Assembly: GCA_965203225.1 (NCBI GenBank)
Contig: CBDBBW010000006.1
Location: forward strand, 352,040-416,039
DNA from: Bdellovibrionales bacterium
GTDB taxonomy: Bacteria; Bdellovibrionota; Bdellovibrionia; Bdellovibrionales; UBA1609
Direction: 5' to 3'
Length of the DNA stretch: 64,000 nt
A program made the translations under genes and the position numbers. The notes beneath the pieces are model-generated. The model saw only the letters and a list, made by a program, of their open reading frames with translations, did not search any database and had not been told where the DNA came from. Below are positions 17,271 to 27,812 of the stretch, one piece after another; position 1 is the stretch's first letter, and the number at the start of each line of letters is the position of its first letter.

Positions 17271-19577
17271 TTACATAATAATTTTTCCTTTGTTTTCCTG
17301 TGTCAAAAGAGCTTTGGAAGGGCGAAAACGTTTTCCGTGAGTATTCGAAAAGTTATTTAAACCGGCTACAATGGTTTTTAAACTGATTTCATCCGCGTAT
17401 TTCAGCAGACCCCCTCTAAAGGCCGGAAATCCTATACCAAGGATCAGGGCCAGATCTAATTCCGTCGGTTCCGCCACCACCTGCTCTTCCAAAACCCGAG
17501 CGGATTCATTAACCATGCGGTAAAGCCCCCGCTTTAAACATTCCTCTGAAGATATGCCTTTAATAGAAGGTTTTAGTTTCAAATCCTGATAAACAAGATT
17601 GTTAACCGCCTCCACTTTCATTTTGTCATCATAGATATAAAATCCGCTTTTGTTTTTTTTACCCAAAAACACAGGTCTTAGTTTGAAAAATTCCTCTGGA
17701 AAATCCAGCTCATTGAATTGAGAGGATTTTATTAATTTGGCGCAAATATCCAAACCCAGTTCATCCATCAGACGAAAAGGCCCCATATAAAAACCAAAAG
17801 AACGGTACACCTGATCCACCTGCTGAATAGGGACCCCTTCCCGCAAAAACCATAAAGCTTCTGATATTAAAGGCAAAAACAGACGATGCACCAGAAAGCC
17901 CGGTCTGTCCTTTACGACAAAAGGAATTTTTCCCATCTGCTTGACCCACTGAACCGCGAAGGCAATGACTGAGTCGCTGCTTTGCTGACCTCGCACCACC
18001 TCCACTAAAGGGGTTTGATACACAGGATAGAAAAAGTGCAAGCCAAAAAAGCGCTCAGGATTCGGATGCGCTTTCGCCAGTTCGGTGACACTGAAAGAGG
18101 ATGTGTTGGTGGCAAACAAACATTTGTCGGAAAGCCGTCCGGCTGTTTCAGCAATTACCTTTTTTTTAATTTCGATATCCTCCACCACTGTTTCAATCAC
18201 CATATCCACATTATGAAACCCGGAGTAATCCATCTGCGGACGTATTTTGTCCGCGCTGTTTTTTTTTTCAAACACATTCCATTTCCCTTTCAAGGGAGAA
18301 AAAGCCTGTGCCCGCTCCCCTGAACCAGCCTGCGGGAAGGACAAAGTATTTACAGGAAGGGGCGGCCGTTTTGAGCTTATATGGGAAAAAGGATTGAAAG
18401 CATAATCTTCGCCATTTACATCAATTCCATAATTCCTTTTTTCTTTTGAACCTATTGGAAAATTCCAGCCTTTCTTTCTCTGCCGTTTATTCCATACAGA
18501 GTGAATCTTTATTAAAGTGGAGGAAAGAGAGGGGGAATGAATATCCTTTAACAAAACCGGAACATGAGCATTCGCCAGCCAATGGGTGATTCCCCCTCCC
18601 ATGACTCCCGCCCCCATCACCGCCGCTTTTTTTATTTTTTCATTTTGTTTATAAGTCACCTCACACTGTCTTTGAATTTTTTCCTTAGCCAAATACAAGG
18701 ATATTAAATGTCCTGTCGTGGGGGAAACAATCAAATCACAAAAAGCGTCGCTCTCTTCCTTGAGAGCTGTCTTCAGGAATTTTACCGGATAGGTATTTTT
18801 AATCACTTCCAAAACCTTCAAAGGAGCGGGATAAAAACCTCTGGTTTCAGATAATAGCCGTTTTTTGGTTATGTAAAAAAGTATTTGCCGGCTGAGGGGG
18901 ATTTCAAAACATTTATCCAAAAATCGAAGAGGCGTGTATTTCTGCAAAGGTTTGGGAGAAATGTGTCCGGCATTGATTTGTTCAGTTAAATCGCGCGCGC
19001 GTTTTTGCAGTTCCAAAGGATGAGTGAGCTGATCCACTAAGCCAATGCGACAAGCGGAGGAAGAGGAAATAACCGAACTTTTTAATATTATTTCTAAAGT
19101 TTTTTTTACACCTATCAAGCGAGGAAGCCGGATACAAGCCCCAAAGCAGGGAATCAAACCAAGAGGCAGTTCAGAAACACAAAATTGCGCGCTGAAGTCA
19201 GCAATACGATAATCACAGGCCAAAGCCAGCTCAAGGTGATTTCCTGAACAAGCTCCCTGAAGAACAGCAATCCATGAGACATCGGCGTTTTCAATCATGT
19301 GAAACAGCTCATGCACTTCATCCAACAGTCTTTCCCATTTTTCCCGCCCATGAATTTTTTCCACTTGCTTGACTAAATCCGTTTCAAACGAACGGAAAGA
19401 GGCTTGAGAGGGAGTGTTTTTAAATATTAAAAGGGCTGTATGAACGGCCGGATTTTTAATAATCTGATCTATGTAATTTTTGAATTGCTCCCGCGATTTC
19501 CGAGACAAAATATTAAAACAGTTGAGTTCCACTACAGCCAGATTTTTTTCCATCTTCAATTTTATATTTTCCGCCAT
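17271..19577 (-). CDS. fatty-acid oxidation multifunctional protein (enoyl-CoA hydratase / 3-hydroxyacyl-CoA dehydrogenase, FadJ/FadB-like)
   Basis: N-terminal crotonase fold (..ACDYRIA..SELPLGLIP..), central GAGVMGGGI Rossmann motif, NTSS and HFFYPV..LVEVV. Carries an extra ~50-aa segment in the NAD-binding domain. Confidence 0.8.
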   Translation of the reverse strand: MAENIKLKMEKNLAVVELNCFNILSRKSREQFKNYIDQIIKNPAVHTALLIFKNTPSQASFRSFETDLVKQVEKIHGREKWERLLDEVHELFHMIENADVSWIAVLQGACSGNHLELALACDYRIADFSAQFCVSELPLGLIPCFGACIRLPRLIGVKKTLEIILKSSVISSSSACRIGLVDQLTHPLELQKRARDLTEQINAGHISPKPLQKYTPLRFLDKCFEIPLSRQILFYITKKRLLSETRGFYPAPLKVLEVIKNTYPVKFLKTALKEESDAFCDLIVSPTTGHLISLYLAKEKIQRQCEVTYKQNEKIKKAAVMGAGVMGGGITHWLANAHVPVLLKDIHSPSLSSTLIKIHSVWNKRQRKKGWNFPIGSKEKRNYGIDVNGEDYAFNPFSHISSKRPPLPVNTLSFPQAGSGERAQAFSPLKGKWNVFEKKNSADKIRPQMDYSGFHNVDMVIETVVEDIEIKKKVIAETAGRLSDKCLFATNTSSFSVTELAKAHPNPERFFGLHFFYPVYQTPLVEVVRGQQSSDSVIAFAVQWVKQMGKIPFVVKDRPGFLVHRLFLPLISEALWFLREGVPIQQVDQVYRSFGFYMGPFRLMDELGLDICAKLIKSSQFNELDFPEEFFKLRPVFLGKKNKSGFYIYDDKMKVEAVNNLVYQDLKLKPSIKGISSEECLKRGLYRMVNESARVLEEQVVAEPTELDLALILGIGFPAFRGGLLKYADEISLKTIVAGLNNFSNTHGKRFRPSKALLTQENKGKIIM

Positions 19578-19616
19578 TGAATATCCTCAATTATCGATTT
19601 GCGCATAAACTGTATT

Positions 19617-20921
19617 TTAATCGGAAATATTTTTCAAAAGAAGAGCGCCGGCCTGTTCATTATGGATCCCTTCCGCCATCAGCCCCCATTCCACTTTCCT
19701 TCTGCGCATCTCTTTCGCCAAATTTAAAATCATACGAACCGGAGTGGCGCTCAGAGGATTTCCCAGAGCCAACGCTCCTCCGTTCACATTGCATTTTTCC
19801 GGATTCATTTCCCCGAAACCGGCCCCCCCCTTTGCACAGCCTTTTCCGAACAGAAAAGACCCTAAAGTTTTTAAACAGGCAAGAGCCTGCACGGAAAAAG
19901 ATTCATCCACTTCAAATAAATCAATGTTTTTTATCTTCAACCCGGCGGGCTGTAATACCTTTTCCACAGCACGCGCCAAACCCAAATTATCCAGCTGAAA
20001 TCCCGCTCCGTCGCGAGCAAAGGAATGAACGGACACAAGAGGCCGGTATCCCAAAGCTTTGGCTTTTTCCCTGCTCATCATTAAAAGGACTGCCGAACCA
20101 TCCGCATAGGCACTGCTGTTTCCGACAGTGACAGAACCATGATCCTCCTTAAAATAAGCCGGCAATTCAGACAGATAATGCATGGACGGCTCGCTGTCCA
20201 GCCCCTTGTCCTTTTCAATCAGCTCGAAATCACCAGGGGGAAACACCGGCACAATTTCCTCTTTCCATCTTCCCTCTTTCTGCGCCCTACGGGCTTTTTC
20301 ACAACTCACTAAAACAAATGCATCCTGCTCTTCACGAGAGATATAAAATATTTCAGACAATATTTCCGCTATTTGCCTTCGATTCAAACCAGAAAGGGAA
20401 TTTATACACAATTTTTTATCTGCAAATTGAAACCTTATATCGGACTGCCGCAAGGAAAACACACTTTTCACCTTTTCTTTCCATGTTTTGGACTGAATGA
20501 TTTTTTTTATCGCTTTTGTCAGACCGGACTCAAGCAAAATCGGAGCTTGTGACATACTCTCCACTCCTCCGGCAATGAGAGTATCCGCAAGTCCACAGCG
20601 GATTTTATCGGCGGACACAAACACGCTTTCCAAAGAGGAAATATCCATTCTTCGCACTGTCGTTGCGAAAATAGAGTGCGGCAGACCGGCTCTGACGGCT
20701 ATGGTATAAGCGATATTGGAATGGCCCGAAGAGTTTACAATATTACTTAAAACAACTTCCTCTACCTCATCTAAAGCTATTTCCGTCCGCTCCAGTAATT
20801 CTCTGATCAGCCAGGCGCCCAATTCCTCCGCCGGCATATTCTGAAAATTCTGACCGGAGGGAACAAAAGGAGTGCGAAAGCCCTCAACAATAACCACTTC
20901 TCTATTGTTTTTGAACATCAC
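19617..20921 (-). CDS. thiolase-fold protein, FadI/FadA-like but with catalytic residues substituted
   Basis: Collinear with FadI over its whole length (..AGGVESMS.., NVNGGALALG.P). However, the motif positions read RRMDISS (no Cys), VDESF (no Asn), GNP (no His) and MAEGIHNEQAG (no Cys). Confidence 0.75.
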   Translation of the reverse strand: MMFKNNREVVIVEGFRTPFVPSGQNFQNMPAEELGAWLIRELLERTEIALDEVEEVVLSNIVNSSGHSNIAYTIAVRAGLPHSIFATTVRRMDISSLESVFVSADKIRCGLADTLIAGGVESMSQAPILLESGLTKAIKKIIQSKTWKEKVKSVFSLRQSDIRFQFADKKLCINSLSGLNRRQIAEILSEIFYISREEQDAFVLVSCEKARRAQKEGRWKEEIVPVFPPGDFELIEKDKGLDSEPSMHYLSELPAYFKEDHGSVTVGNSSAYADGSAVLLMMSREKAKALGYRPLVSVHSFARDGAGFQLDNLGLARAVEKVLQPAGLKIKNIDLFEVDESFSVQALACLKTLGSFLFGKGCAKGGAGFGEMNPEKCNVNGGALALGNPLSATPVRMILNLAKEMRRRKVEWGLMAEGIHNEQAGALLLKNISD

Positions 20922-21221
20922 ACTTTCTCAATAATGGATTTGTTAAATAATGAAGCACTGCTTTGCGAATACACACATTTTCCCTTAAATACCATTTCAT
21001 TTCAAGTGATTTCCCCTGCCTGAAAATTCCTTTCCCTTGTAACTGTTTTTTTAATAAAGCTAAAGGGTATTTTTAACACCCGTGGCAGCCATAAAACCGC
21101 AGTGCGATAAAAAAGATGGTATTTTAAGCGGTCAATGTGTCTTTTCTTTGTCAATGTAAGGTGAGAGTAGTATTTTATTCCTGCACGGCAAATAAAAACC
21201 AATGGTCAAGGAAGCGATATA

Positions 21222-23543
21222 ATGAAAAAAAAAGAAAAATTAAAACCTTCCCAAAAAATAAACAAGCAGGCCCTGGCTTACCACCAACAGGAGCCTAAGG
21301 GAAAAATACTTGTCATCCCCAGCAAACCCGTGGACACGGATGAGGAATTGTCTCTCGCTTATAGCCCCGGGGTGGCGGCCCCCTGTCTTGAGATATCCAA
21401 AAAGCCGGACAAGGTGTATGACTACACAATAAAGAGCAATTTGGTGGCGGTTATCAGTAATGGAAGCGCCGTATTGGGCCTGGGAAACATTGGGCCTTTG
21501 GCCGCCAAGCCCGTCATGGAAGGTAAAGGCATCTTATTCAAACAGTTTGCCGGCATCAATGTATTTGATATTGAACTGAAAACAAAAACAATCGAGGAGT
21601 TTATTTCTGTTTGTAAGGCTTTGGAGCCTACTTTTGGCGGAATCAATTTAGAGGATATTGCCGCTCCCGACTGCTTTGAAATAGAAAAGCGCCTGGAAGA
21701 GGAATTAAGCATTCCTGTTTTCCATGATGACCAACACGGCACGGCCATCATTACAGCCTCTGCTCTGTTGAATGCCTGCCATATAGTGGGAAAAAAGCTA
21801 AGTCAAATTTCTGTGGTGTTTAACGGGGCCGGAGCGGCGGCCATCGCCTGCGCCCACCTCATCATCAGTATGGGAGTCAAAAAGAAAAATATTATTATGT
21901 GTGATTCCAAAGGGGTTATTCACTCCGAACGCAAGGAAAACATGAATGTTTATAAACAGGAGTTTGCTCTTCGCACAAATAAAAAAACACTTTCGGACGC
22001 TATTGCCAAAGCTGATGTTTTTATCGGTCTTTCGGTTAAAGATACTCTTACGCCCAATATGTTGAAAACCATGAACTCCAAACCTATTGTGTTTGCGATG
22101 GCAAATCCCGATCCTGAAATAACACCGGATATAGCCAAAAAGACCGTGCCGGATGTGATTATCGCCACCGGACGCAGTGATTACCCCAATCAGGTAAACA
22201 ATGTTCTGGGATTTCCCTCCATTTTCAGAGGCGCCCTTGATGTGCGCGCCACTCATATAAATTCAGCCATGAAAAAAGCGGCTGTGTTTGCCTTGGCGGA
22301 ACTGGCCAGAGAAGATGTTCCGGACAGCGTGTCTCGTGCATATCAGGATGAAATTTTTCATTTTGGCCCCAATTACATTTTGCCAAAACCTTTTGACATG
22401 AGAGTGCTGACCCGTGTGGCTCCCGCCGTAGCCAAAGCCGCAATGGAATCCGGTGTGGCTCAAAACCCCATCACTGATTTTGAAAAATACAGGCTCAAGC
22501 TGGCCGAATTTCAAGGCAGAAGAAAAGGCTTTATAAGAGGAATCATCAACAAAGTGAAACGAAAAAACAAATCCCGATCCTACAACCTGCCACGCATTGT
22601 TTTTCCCGAAGGAAACAGTAAAAGAACTTTAAAGGCTATAAATATGCTTTATGAGGAAAAACTGATGCATCCTGTTTTGCTGGGGGACACGGAGGAAATC
22701 CGCCAACTGATTCAGGAAATGGAATTGGACAATATGGATGAAGTGGCAATACTCAACCCTTCCCAAAGCGCTCAATTCAAAAAATACATGAACACTTTTT
22801 ATGAAATGAAAAAACGAAAAGGCATTCTGAAAAAGGAAGCCGGCCGGCTAATGAAAGACCCGAATTATTTTGGAGCTATGATGTTGGAGCTGAAAGCCGC
22901 GGACGCGCTGATCACCGGCGCCACACAAAACTATGTGGACAGTATACGACCTATTCTGCAGATTATTGGAACGGGAAAAAGAAAAATCGCTTCCGGGATG
23001 AACATTGTCCTAATCAAGGACCAGATTTTGTTTTTCGCGGACACGACAGTAAATATAAACCCAAGCGCACAGGATATTGCCAATATTGCCGTACATACCG
23101 CTCGTGTGGCCAGAGGCCTGAATGTAACACCGCGAATAGCCATGCTCAGTTTCTCCAATTTTACGAGCCGGCAGGAGAACCCCAGAAAAATGCACGAGGC
23201 GGCTTTGCTTATAAAACAATGGTATCCCGACTGGACAGTGGATGGAGAAATGCAGGCAGACACCGCTGTGAATCCCAATATTGTGAAAAATATCTTCCCG
23301 TTTTGCCAGATTCAACAGGGAGCCAATGTCTTGATTTTTCCCAATTTGGATTCAGGAAATATCGCTTACAAGCTGGTCCAACAACTGGGTTCAGGGGAAG
23401 TGCTTGGACCGTTCCTGATGGGGGTTAAAAAACCCGCCAATGTAGTACAAAGGACAGGCACAACGGAGGATGTAGCTAACACTATTGTTATGACCTGTCT
23501 TAAGGTGCAAACTTACAGAGAGTTTGCCGAAAAAAACAAGTAA
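21222..23543 (+). CDS. maeB: NADP-dependent malic enzyme (malic enzyme + PTA-like domain)
   Basis: 773 aa. N-terminal malic enzyme domain (..LAYSPGVA..VISNGSAVLGLGNIG..FHDDQHGTA..) and a C-terminal phosphate acetyltransferase-like domain. Confidence 0.9.
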   Translation: MKKKEKLKPSQKINKQALAYHQQEPKGKILVIPSKPVDTDEELSLAYSPGVAAPCLEISKKPDKVYDYTIKSNLVAVISNGSAVLGLGNIGPLAAKPVMEGKGILFKQFAGINVFDIELKTKTIEEFISVCKALEPTFGGINLEDIAAPDCFEIEKRLEEELSIPVFHDDQHGTAIITASALLNACHIVGKKLSQISVVFNGAGAAAIACAHLIISMGVKKKNIIMCDSKGVIHSERKENMNVYKQEFALRTNKKTLSDAIAKADVFIGLSVKDTLTPNMLKTMNSKPIVFAMANPDPEITPDIAKKTVPDVIIATGRSDYPNQVNNVLGFPSIFRGALDVRATHINSAMKKAAVFALAELAREDVPDSVSRAYQDEIFHFGPNYILPKPFDMRVLTRVAPAVAKAAMESGVAQNPITDFEKYRLKLAEFQGRRKGFIRGIINKVKRKNKSRSYNLPRIVFPEGNSKRTLKAINMLYEEKLMHPVLLGDTEEIRQLIQEMELDNMDEVAILNPSQSAQFKKYMNTFYEMKKRKGILKKEAGRLMKDPNYFGAMMLELKAADALITGATQNYVDSIRPILQIIGTGKRKIASGMNIVLIKDQILFFADTTVNINPSAQDIANIAVHTARVARGLNVTPRIAMLSFSNFTSRQENPRKMHEAALLIKQWYPDWTVDGEMQADTAVNPNIVKNIFPFCQIQQGANVLIFPNLDSGNIAYKLVQQLGSGEVLGPFLMGVKKPANVVQRTGTTEDVANTIVMTCLKVQTYREFAEKNK

Positions 23544-23874
23544 GTTATATTATTGCACTGATCCCCTGCTTATAGTTGTTTTCGTTTCTGTTGATAATGG
23601 CATTGTCCCAATATCAGAAAACAAACCAATTAAGTCCATCTTGAACCAACTTTTTTTCCTGACTTTTGCTATTTATCCATTGCATACAGCAACCCCTCTT
23701 TCATTACACTTGTATATTGCTTACAGATTATGTTTCCCTGTTGCTGTGCTGATAAATTACAAAGCTGATTCAGTTTAAGTATAGTAATTTTTTTCTTGTT
23801 TTTTATAAATAGCGGCTGCTTCTTGATTACAAGCTACAAACAGATGACAGCCAGAATAAACACTTATAAGTCCA

Positions 23875-25050
23875 CTAATAAGTGACATGATGGGACAGAG
23901 ATTCCTGCTCACGAGGATCTTGTAAAGGCACAGGAGAATGTTTCTGCAGGAAAGTAAACACAGTGCGAACAAACACAGAGAGAAAAAACAGAAAAACACC
24001 TGCCTCCAGCCAGGAAAACCGGGGAAATGAAGAATCCAAATGAGGATAAATCAACCAGTAAATATCCACAAACTGCATAAACAAAATCAAAACGGCTATG
24101 GGAACCATTGTCTCCCACTTTCTTTTTACCTGACGAGGCAGAAGAATCAAAAAAGGAATAATAAATTTAAAAAAAATAAGAGAGAGAGAGACCCCGGCCC
24201 ATATTCCTTTTGACCTGGGAATAAAGAAGGTGGTTTCTTCCGGTAAGTTGGCATACCAAATCAGCATATACTGGCTGAACGCAATGTAAGCCCAAAACAC
24301 TGTGGCGGCAAACAGAAATTTACTCATATCGTGCAAATGATTTTCATTAATCCATCTTTTATATTTGTCTCCCTCCTGCTGTATCAACCAGTAGCTCAGT
24401 AAAATCAGGACAGCAAACACGGACTGAAACAAACCGGCAAACACATACACTCCAAAGATAGTGGAAAACCAGTGCGCATCCAAACTCATTATCAAATCCA
24501 CACTAAAAAGAGAAAGAGATAAAGCAAAAAATAATAAAAAACCAACTGAATATTTTGCACTTTTTTTTGTCCACTTCACATCCCCATCCTGATCCTGCCT
24601 GAGAGAAAAAGACACCAGCTTCCTGGCAAAGAAAATCCAACCGGCGAAAAACACTCCCAACCGAATCAGAAAAAATGTCATATTTAAGTAAGGGATCTTA
24701 TGAAGCAGAAGGGGATCTTTGGCCACTTTGGCTGTGTCCAGCCAATCATAAAGAGAACCGGCGCCGTAAATAAGCGGCAGAGTCAACAGGCCAGCTACAG
24801 GAAGATAAGCTGTCAGAGCCTCGGAAAGCCGCCGGACGCTCACACTCCAGCCGGCGCTCGTAAGATGCTGAACACTCATAAAAAACAATCCACCCAGAGG
24901 GAGAAGCATAAAGTAAAAATAAGACAACAGGTAACTGTGCCAGACTCTTTCCTGCATACCAAAGAAAAAGGCTGAGATAAAAATCAACCCGCCGATAAAA
25001 ATAAACACGGTGGATAAAGTTTTTATTTTTTCCATATTTTTTATTACCAT
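23875..25050 (-). CDS. actF: alternative complex III subunit ActF-like (polytopic membrane protein)
   Basis: 391-aa multi-TM protein in the last position of an actABCDEF-ordered cluster. Confidence 0.65.
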   Translation of the reverse strand: MVIKNMEKIKTLSTVFIFIGGLIFISAFFFGMQERVWHSYLLSYFYFMLLPLGGLFFMSVQHLTSAGWSVSVRRLSEALTAYLPVAGLLTLPLIYGAGSLYDWLDTAKVAKDPLLLHKIPYLNMTFFLIRLGVFFAGWIFFARKLVSFSLRQDQDGDVKWTKKSAKYSVGFLLFFALSLSLFSVDLIMSLDAHWFSTIFGVYVFAGLFQSVFAVLILLSYWLIQQEGDKYKRWINENHLHDMSKFLFAATVFWAYIAFSQYMLIWYANLPEETTFFIPRSKGIWAGVSLSLIFFKFIIPFLILLPRQVKRKWETMVPIAVLILFMQFVDIYWLIYPHLDSSFPRFSWLEAGVFLFFLSVFVRTVFTFLQKHSPVPLQDPREQESLSHHVTY

Positions 25051-25074
25051 TACTTATCTCCAATATAAAACGAA

Positions 25075-25749
25075 CTATTTTTTTGCCTTTTCCCGCAGAG
25101 CGGTTTTTTGAAGTAGGCGAACATAATTGACCAAAGCCCACCTTTCCTTCTCACCTCTCACTTGCTTGCGATAACCGCTCATCAAGCCCTGCCCTTCGTG
25201 AATAATATGATATAATTTTCCGTCAGAGTAATTTACAGCTTTTTCCGTCAACAGAGATGGAGGTTTGACTGTCATTTTTTGCGCCACTTTTCCATTTCCG
25301 TCCCCGGCAGTTCCATGACAATAGATACAGGCTCTTTCGTATTGCCTTTTGCCGATACCGATGATCTCAGCTGAAAAAGCATTCTGAAAGGGGTTTTTCA
25401 GTTTTTTTTCCGCTCCTTCCGGATCTCCTTTATAGGGATAGTATTTTTTGTTTCGGGCGCGGGTGTTTTCAGGAGGAACACGCATAAAAGTTCCTTCCTC
25501 ATCCCCTTCCTGAGCTTTGATATTTTTTTGTTGAATCATATCGTGAAAAATCTCAAAATCCGTGCGATTTTTTCCGCCGCTGCAGGTACAGCCGGACAGC
25601 CATACAAACAAAACGGAAAGGCTAAACCAGCCAAAACAGTTTCTGTTCGTTACTCCAGCTAAAAACTCCAACGCGGAAAACATATTCACCAGCTTTAAGC
25701 GCAATCCGATCCCCGGTTTTTTTTGTTTCCTGCTCTTGTTCTGTTTCAA
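25075..25749 (-). CDS. actE: alternative complex III monohaem cytochrome c subunit ActE-like (lipoprotein)
   Basis: Single CxxCH (CIYCH). Lipobox-like LSGC after a hydrophobic segment. The true start may be the internal MFSALEF (25683). Confidence 0.7.
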   Translation of the reverse strand: MKQNKSRKQKKPGIGLRLKLVNMFSALEFLAGVTNRNCFGWFSLSVLFVWLSGCTCSGGKNRTDFEIFHDMIQQKNIKAQEGDEEGTFMRVPPENTRARNKKYYPYKGDPEGAEKKLKNPFQNAFSAEIIGIGKRQYERACIYCHGTAGDGNGKVAQKMTVKPPSLLTEKAVNYSDGKLYHIIHEGQGLMSGYRKQVRGEKERWALVNYVRLLQKTALREKAKK

Positions 25750-25759
25750 TTTAATTCCC

Positions 25760-26332
25760 TCAAAATTCCGATTGAATTACCCTCTCCGCTCCAAAAAAAA
25801 TCAATTCCCGCTCCAATTCCTCTGAAGTTTGTTTTTTATCTTTCAACTTAAAATAAATGGCGAATTTATGAGAGGTGAGGTCTTTATCCAAAATCGGCGG
25901 ATCCACAGAAGGAATACCGCAGGCGTAAAACAAAGCCCCCACGGAAGACAAGGCGCCCAATAAAATAGTGCATTCAAAAATCACTGGAATAAAAGCCGGC
26001 AGAGACCAAAAAGGCTTTCCGCCGATGATTAAAGGCCAATCCACCGCGGAAGTCCACCAGGTAAACCACAAACCAAAAAAACAGCCGATGGAACCAAATA
26101 CAAAAGTCACCCAAGGAATCCAGGATCTTTTTATCTCCAACAACTCCTCCAAACCATGAACAGGACAAGGAGTGATAGCGGAAAACTGTTCATAATTTTT
26201 TTGTTTCAGCCCCTTTACCGCGGATAAGAACGACTTTTCATCCGGCCATATACCGGCCAGCACCGGCTCTGTCTGAGAAGCCGCCTTATCCTTGATTTTC
26301 ATCAAAATATTTAATAATTTTTTACTCATCAT
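25760..26332 (-). CDS. actD: alternative complex III subunit ActD-like
   Basis: 190 aa with two TM helices, positioned between actC and actE. Confidence 0.6.
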   Translation of the reverse strand: MMSKKLLNILMKIKDKAASQTEPVLAGIWPDEKSFLSAVKGLKQKNYEQFSAITPCPVHGLEELLEIKRSWIPWVTFVFGSIGCFFGLWFTWWTSAVDWPLIIGGKPFWSLPAFIPVIFECTILLGALSSVGALFYACGIPSVDPPILDKDLTSHKFAIYFKLKDKKQTSEELERELIFFGAERVIQSEF

Positions 26333-26413
26333 TTCCTTTTTTTACTGTTTTCTATTTAACTCGAATTTGTATTCCATTTATCCTGTTATCCAACATTCTC
26401 TTCATCTTGTTAT

Positions 26414-27802
26414 CTAATGGCCTTCATGCGCCACTGTTTTCACCTCCGCCACGGAAATAGCAGGCAAAGTCCTGATATAAAGCAGGAACAAAGTGAAAAA
26501 CATTCCGAAACTTCCAATAAGAGCGCCAAAATCAAAAAAGCTGAGATCAAACATTCCCCAATTAGCCGGCAAAAAATCCCGATGCAGAGAGGTGACCACT
26601 ATGACATATCTTTCAAACCACATACCAATATTCACAAAAATAGACACTATGAACATGGCGATAATATTACGGCGGATTTTTTTGAACCAAAACACCTGAG
26701 GAATAAAAACATTACAACTCACCATAATCCAATAAGACCACCAATAAGGCCCCATAGCCCTGTTCAAAAAAACATATTGTTCAAAACTTGAACCGGAGTA
26801 CCAGGAGATAAAAAATTCAGAAGCGTAGGCGTAGCCCACCATCATTCCCGTCAACATGATAATTTTGTTCATGGCTTCCATGTGATTCAAGGTCACATAA
26901 TCCTTAAACCGAGGAACAAAAAGCCTCACCAGACACATAAGCGTCACCACCATACCGAAACCGGAAAAAATAGCTCCGGCAACAAAATAAGGAGGAAAGA
27001 TGGTGGTGTGCCAGCCCGGCAGACTAGCCGTGGCAAAATCAAAAGACACAATACTGTGCACGGATAAAACGAGAGGAGTGGACAAGGCCGCCAACAGCAT
27101 ATAAGTCATTTCATAATGGCTCCAGTTACGAGCCGTTCCCCTCCAACCCATAGATAAAATCCCGTAAATATGCCGGCGAATGCCCTTGGCTCTGTCTCTC
27201 AAAGTAGCCATGTCCGGGACCATTCCGATATACCAAAACACAATGGAGACAGTGGCGTAAGTGGAAACCGCAAACACATCCCACACCAAAGGGGATCGAA
27301 AGTTCACCCACAAAGGACCTCTTTGATTGGGATAAGGCAACAGCCAGTAAGCCAACCAGGGGCGGCCTGTGTGTAGTAAAGGAAAAATTCCCGCTGTCAT
27401 CACGGCAAAAACTGTCATGGCCTCCGCTGTGCGGGCAATAGAGGTTCGCCACTTTTGACGAAACAAAAATAAAATGGCGGAAATTAAAGTGCCCGCATGT
27501 CCGATACCAATCCAAAATACAAAGGTGATAATATCCGTCCCCCAACCAACGGGATTATTAACACCCATCAAACCCATACCCACAGCCACGATAGTACCCA
27601 TCACGGCAATATAAAAAAGAAACAGGAGTTTTGCGCTGAACAAAGCGGCAAAATACCTTTTGCCCGGCCATTTTTCCGTCAGAGAACAAATATCATCCGT
27701 GATATTCTTAAAGGATTTTTTACCGGCGACCAGAGCCGGCCGGCGAAGAGGTTTGCTTTTAATATGATTCCGGTTCGCATTTGAAACTTCTTTCTTCATC
27801 AA
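26414..27802 (-). CDS. actC: alternative complex III quinol-interacting membrane subunit ActC (NrfD/PsrC family)
   Basis: 462-aa polytopic NrfD-like protein immediately downstream of the ActB-like gene. Confidence 0.8.
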   Translation of the reverse strand: MMKKEVSNANRNHIKSKPLRRPALVAGKKSFKNITDDICSLTEKWPGKRYFAALFSAKLLFLFYIAVMGTIVAVGMGLMGVNNPVGWGTDIITFVFWIGIGHAGTLISAILFLFRQKWRTSIARTAEAMTVFAVMTAGIFPLLHTGRPWLAYWLLPYPNQRGPLWVNFRSPLVWDVFAVSTYATVSIVFWYIGMVPDMATLRDRAKGIRRHIYGILSMGWRGTARNWSHYEMTYMLLAALSTPLVLSVHSIVSFDFATASLPGWHTTIFPPYFVAGAIFSGFGMVVTLMCLVRLFVPRFKDYVTLNHMEAMNKIIMLTGMMVGYAYASEFFISWYSGSSFEQYVFLNRAMGPYWWSYWIMVSCNVFIPQVFWFKKIRRNIIAMFIVSIFVNIGMWFERYVIVVTSLHRDFLPANWGMFDLSFFDFGALIGSFGMFFTLFLLYIRTLPAISVAEVKTVAHEGH

Positions 27803-27812
27803 TCATTATTCT

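Noticed and set aside
23524-23778. 84-aa ORF overlapping the maeB stop
   Set aside because: It starts inside maeB in another frame, has no RBS, and its sequence looks like translated AT-rich spacer. It lies in a convergent terminator region.
23775-23888. 37-codon ORF (MSLISGLISVYSGCHLFVAC..) overlapping the actF stop, considered as a small ActG-like subunit
   Set aside because: It has only a weak AGGAA 14 nt upstream, is barely hydrophobic enough for a TM helix, and I cannot verify any conservation. It is too speculative to call as a gene.
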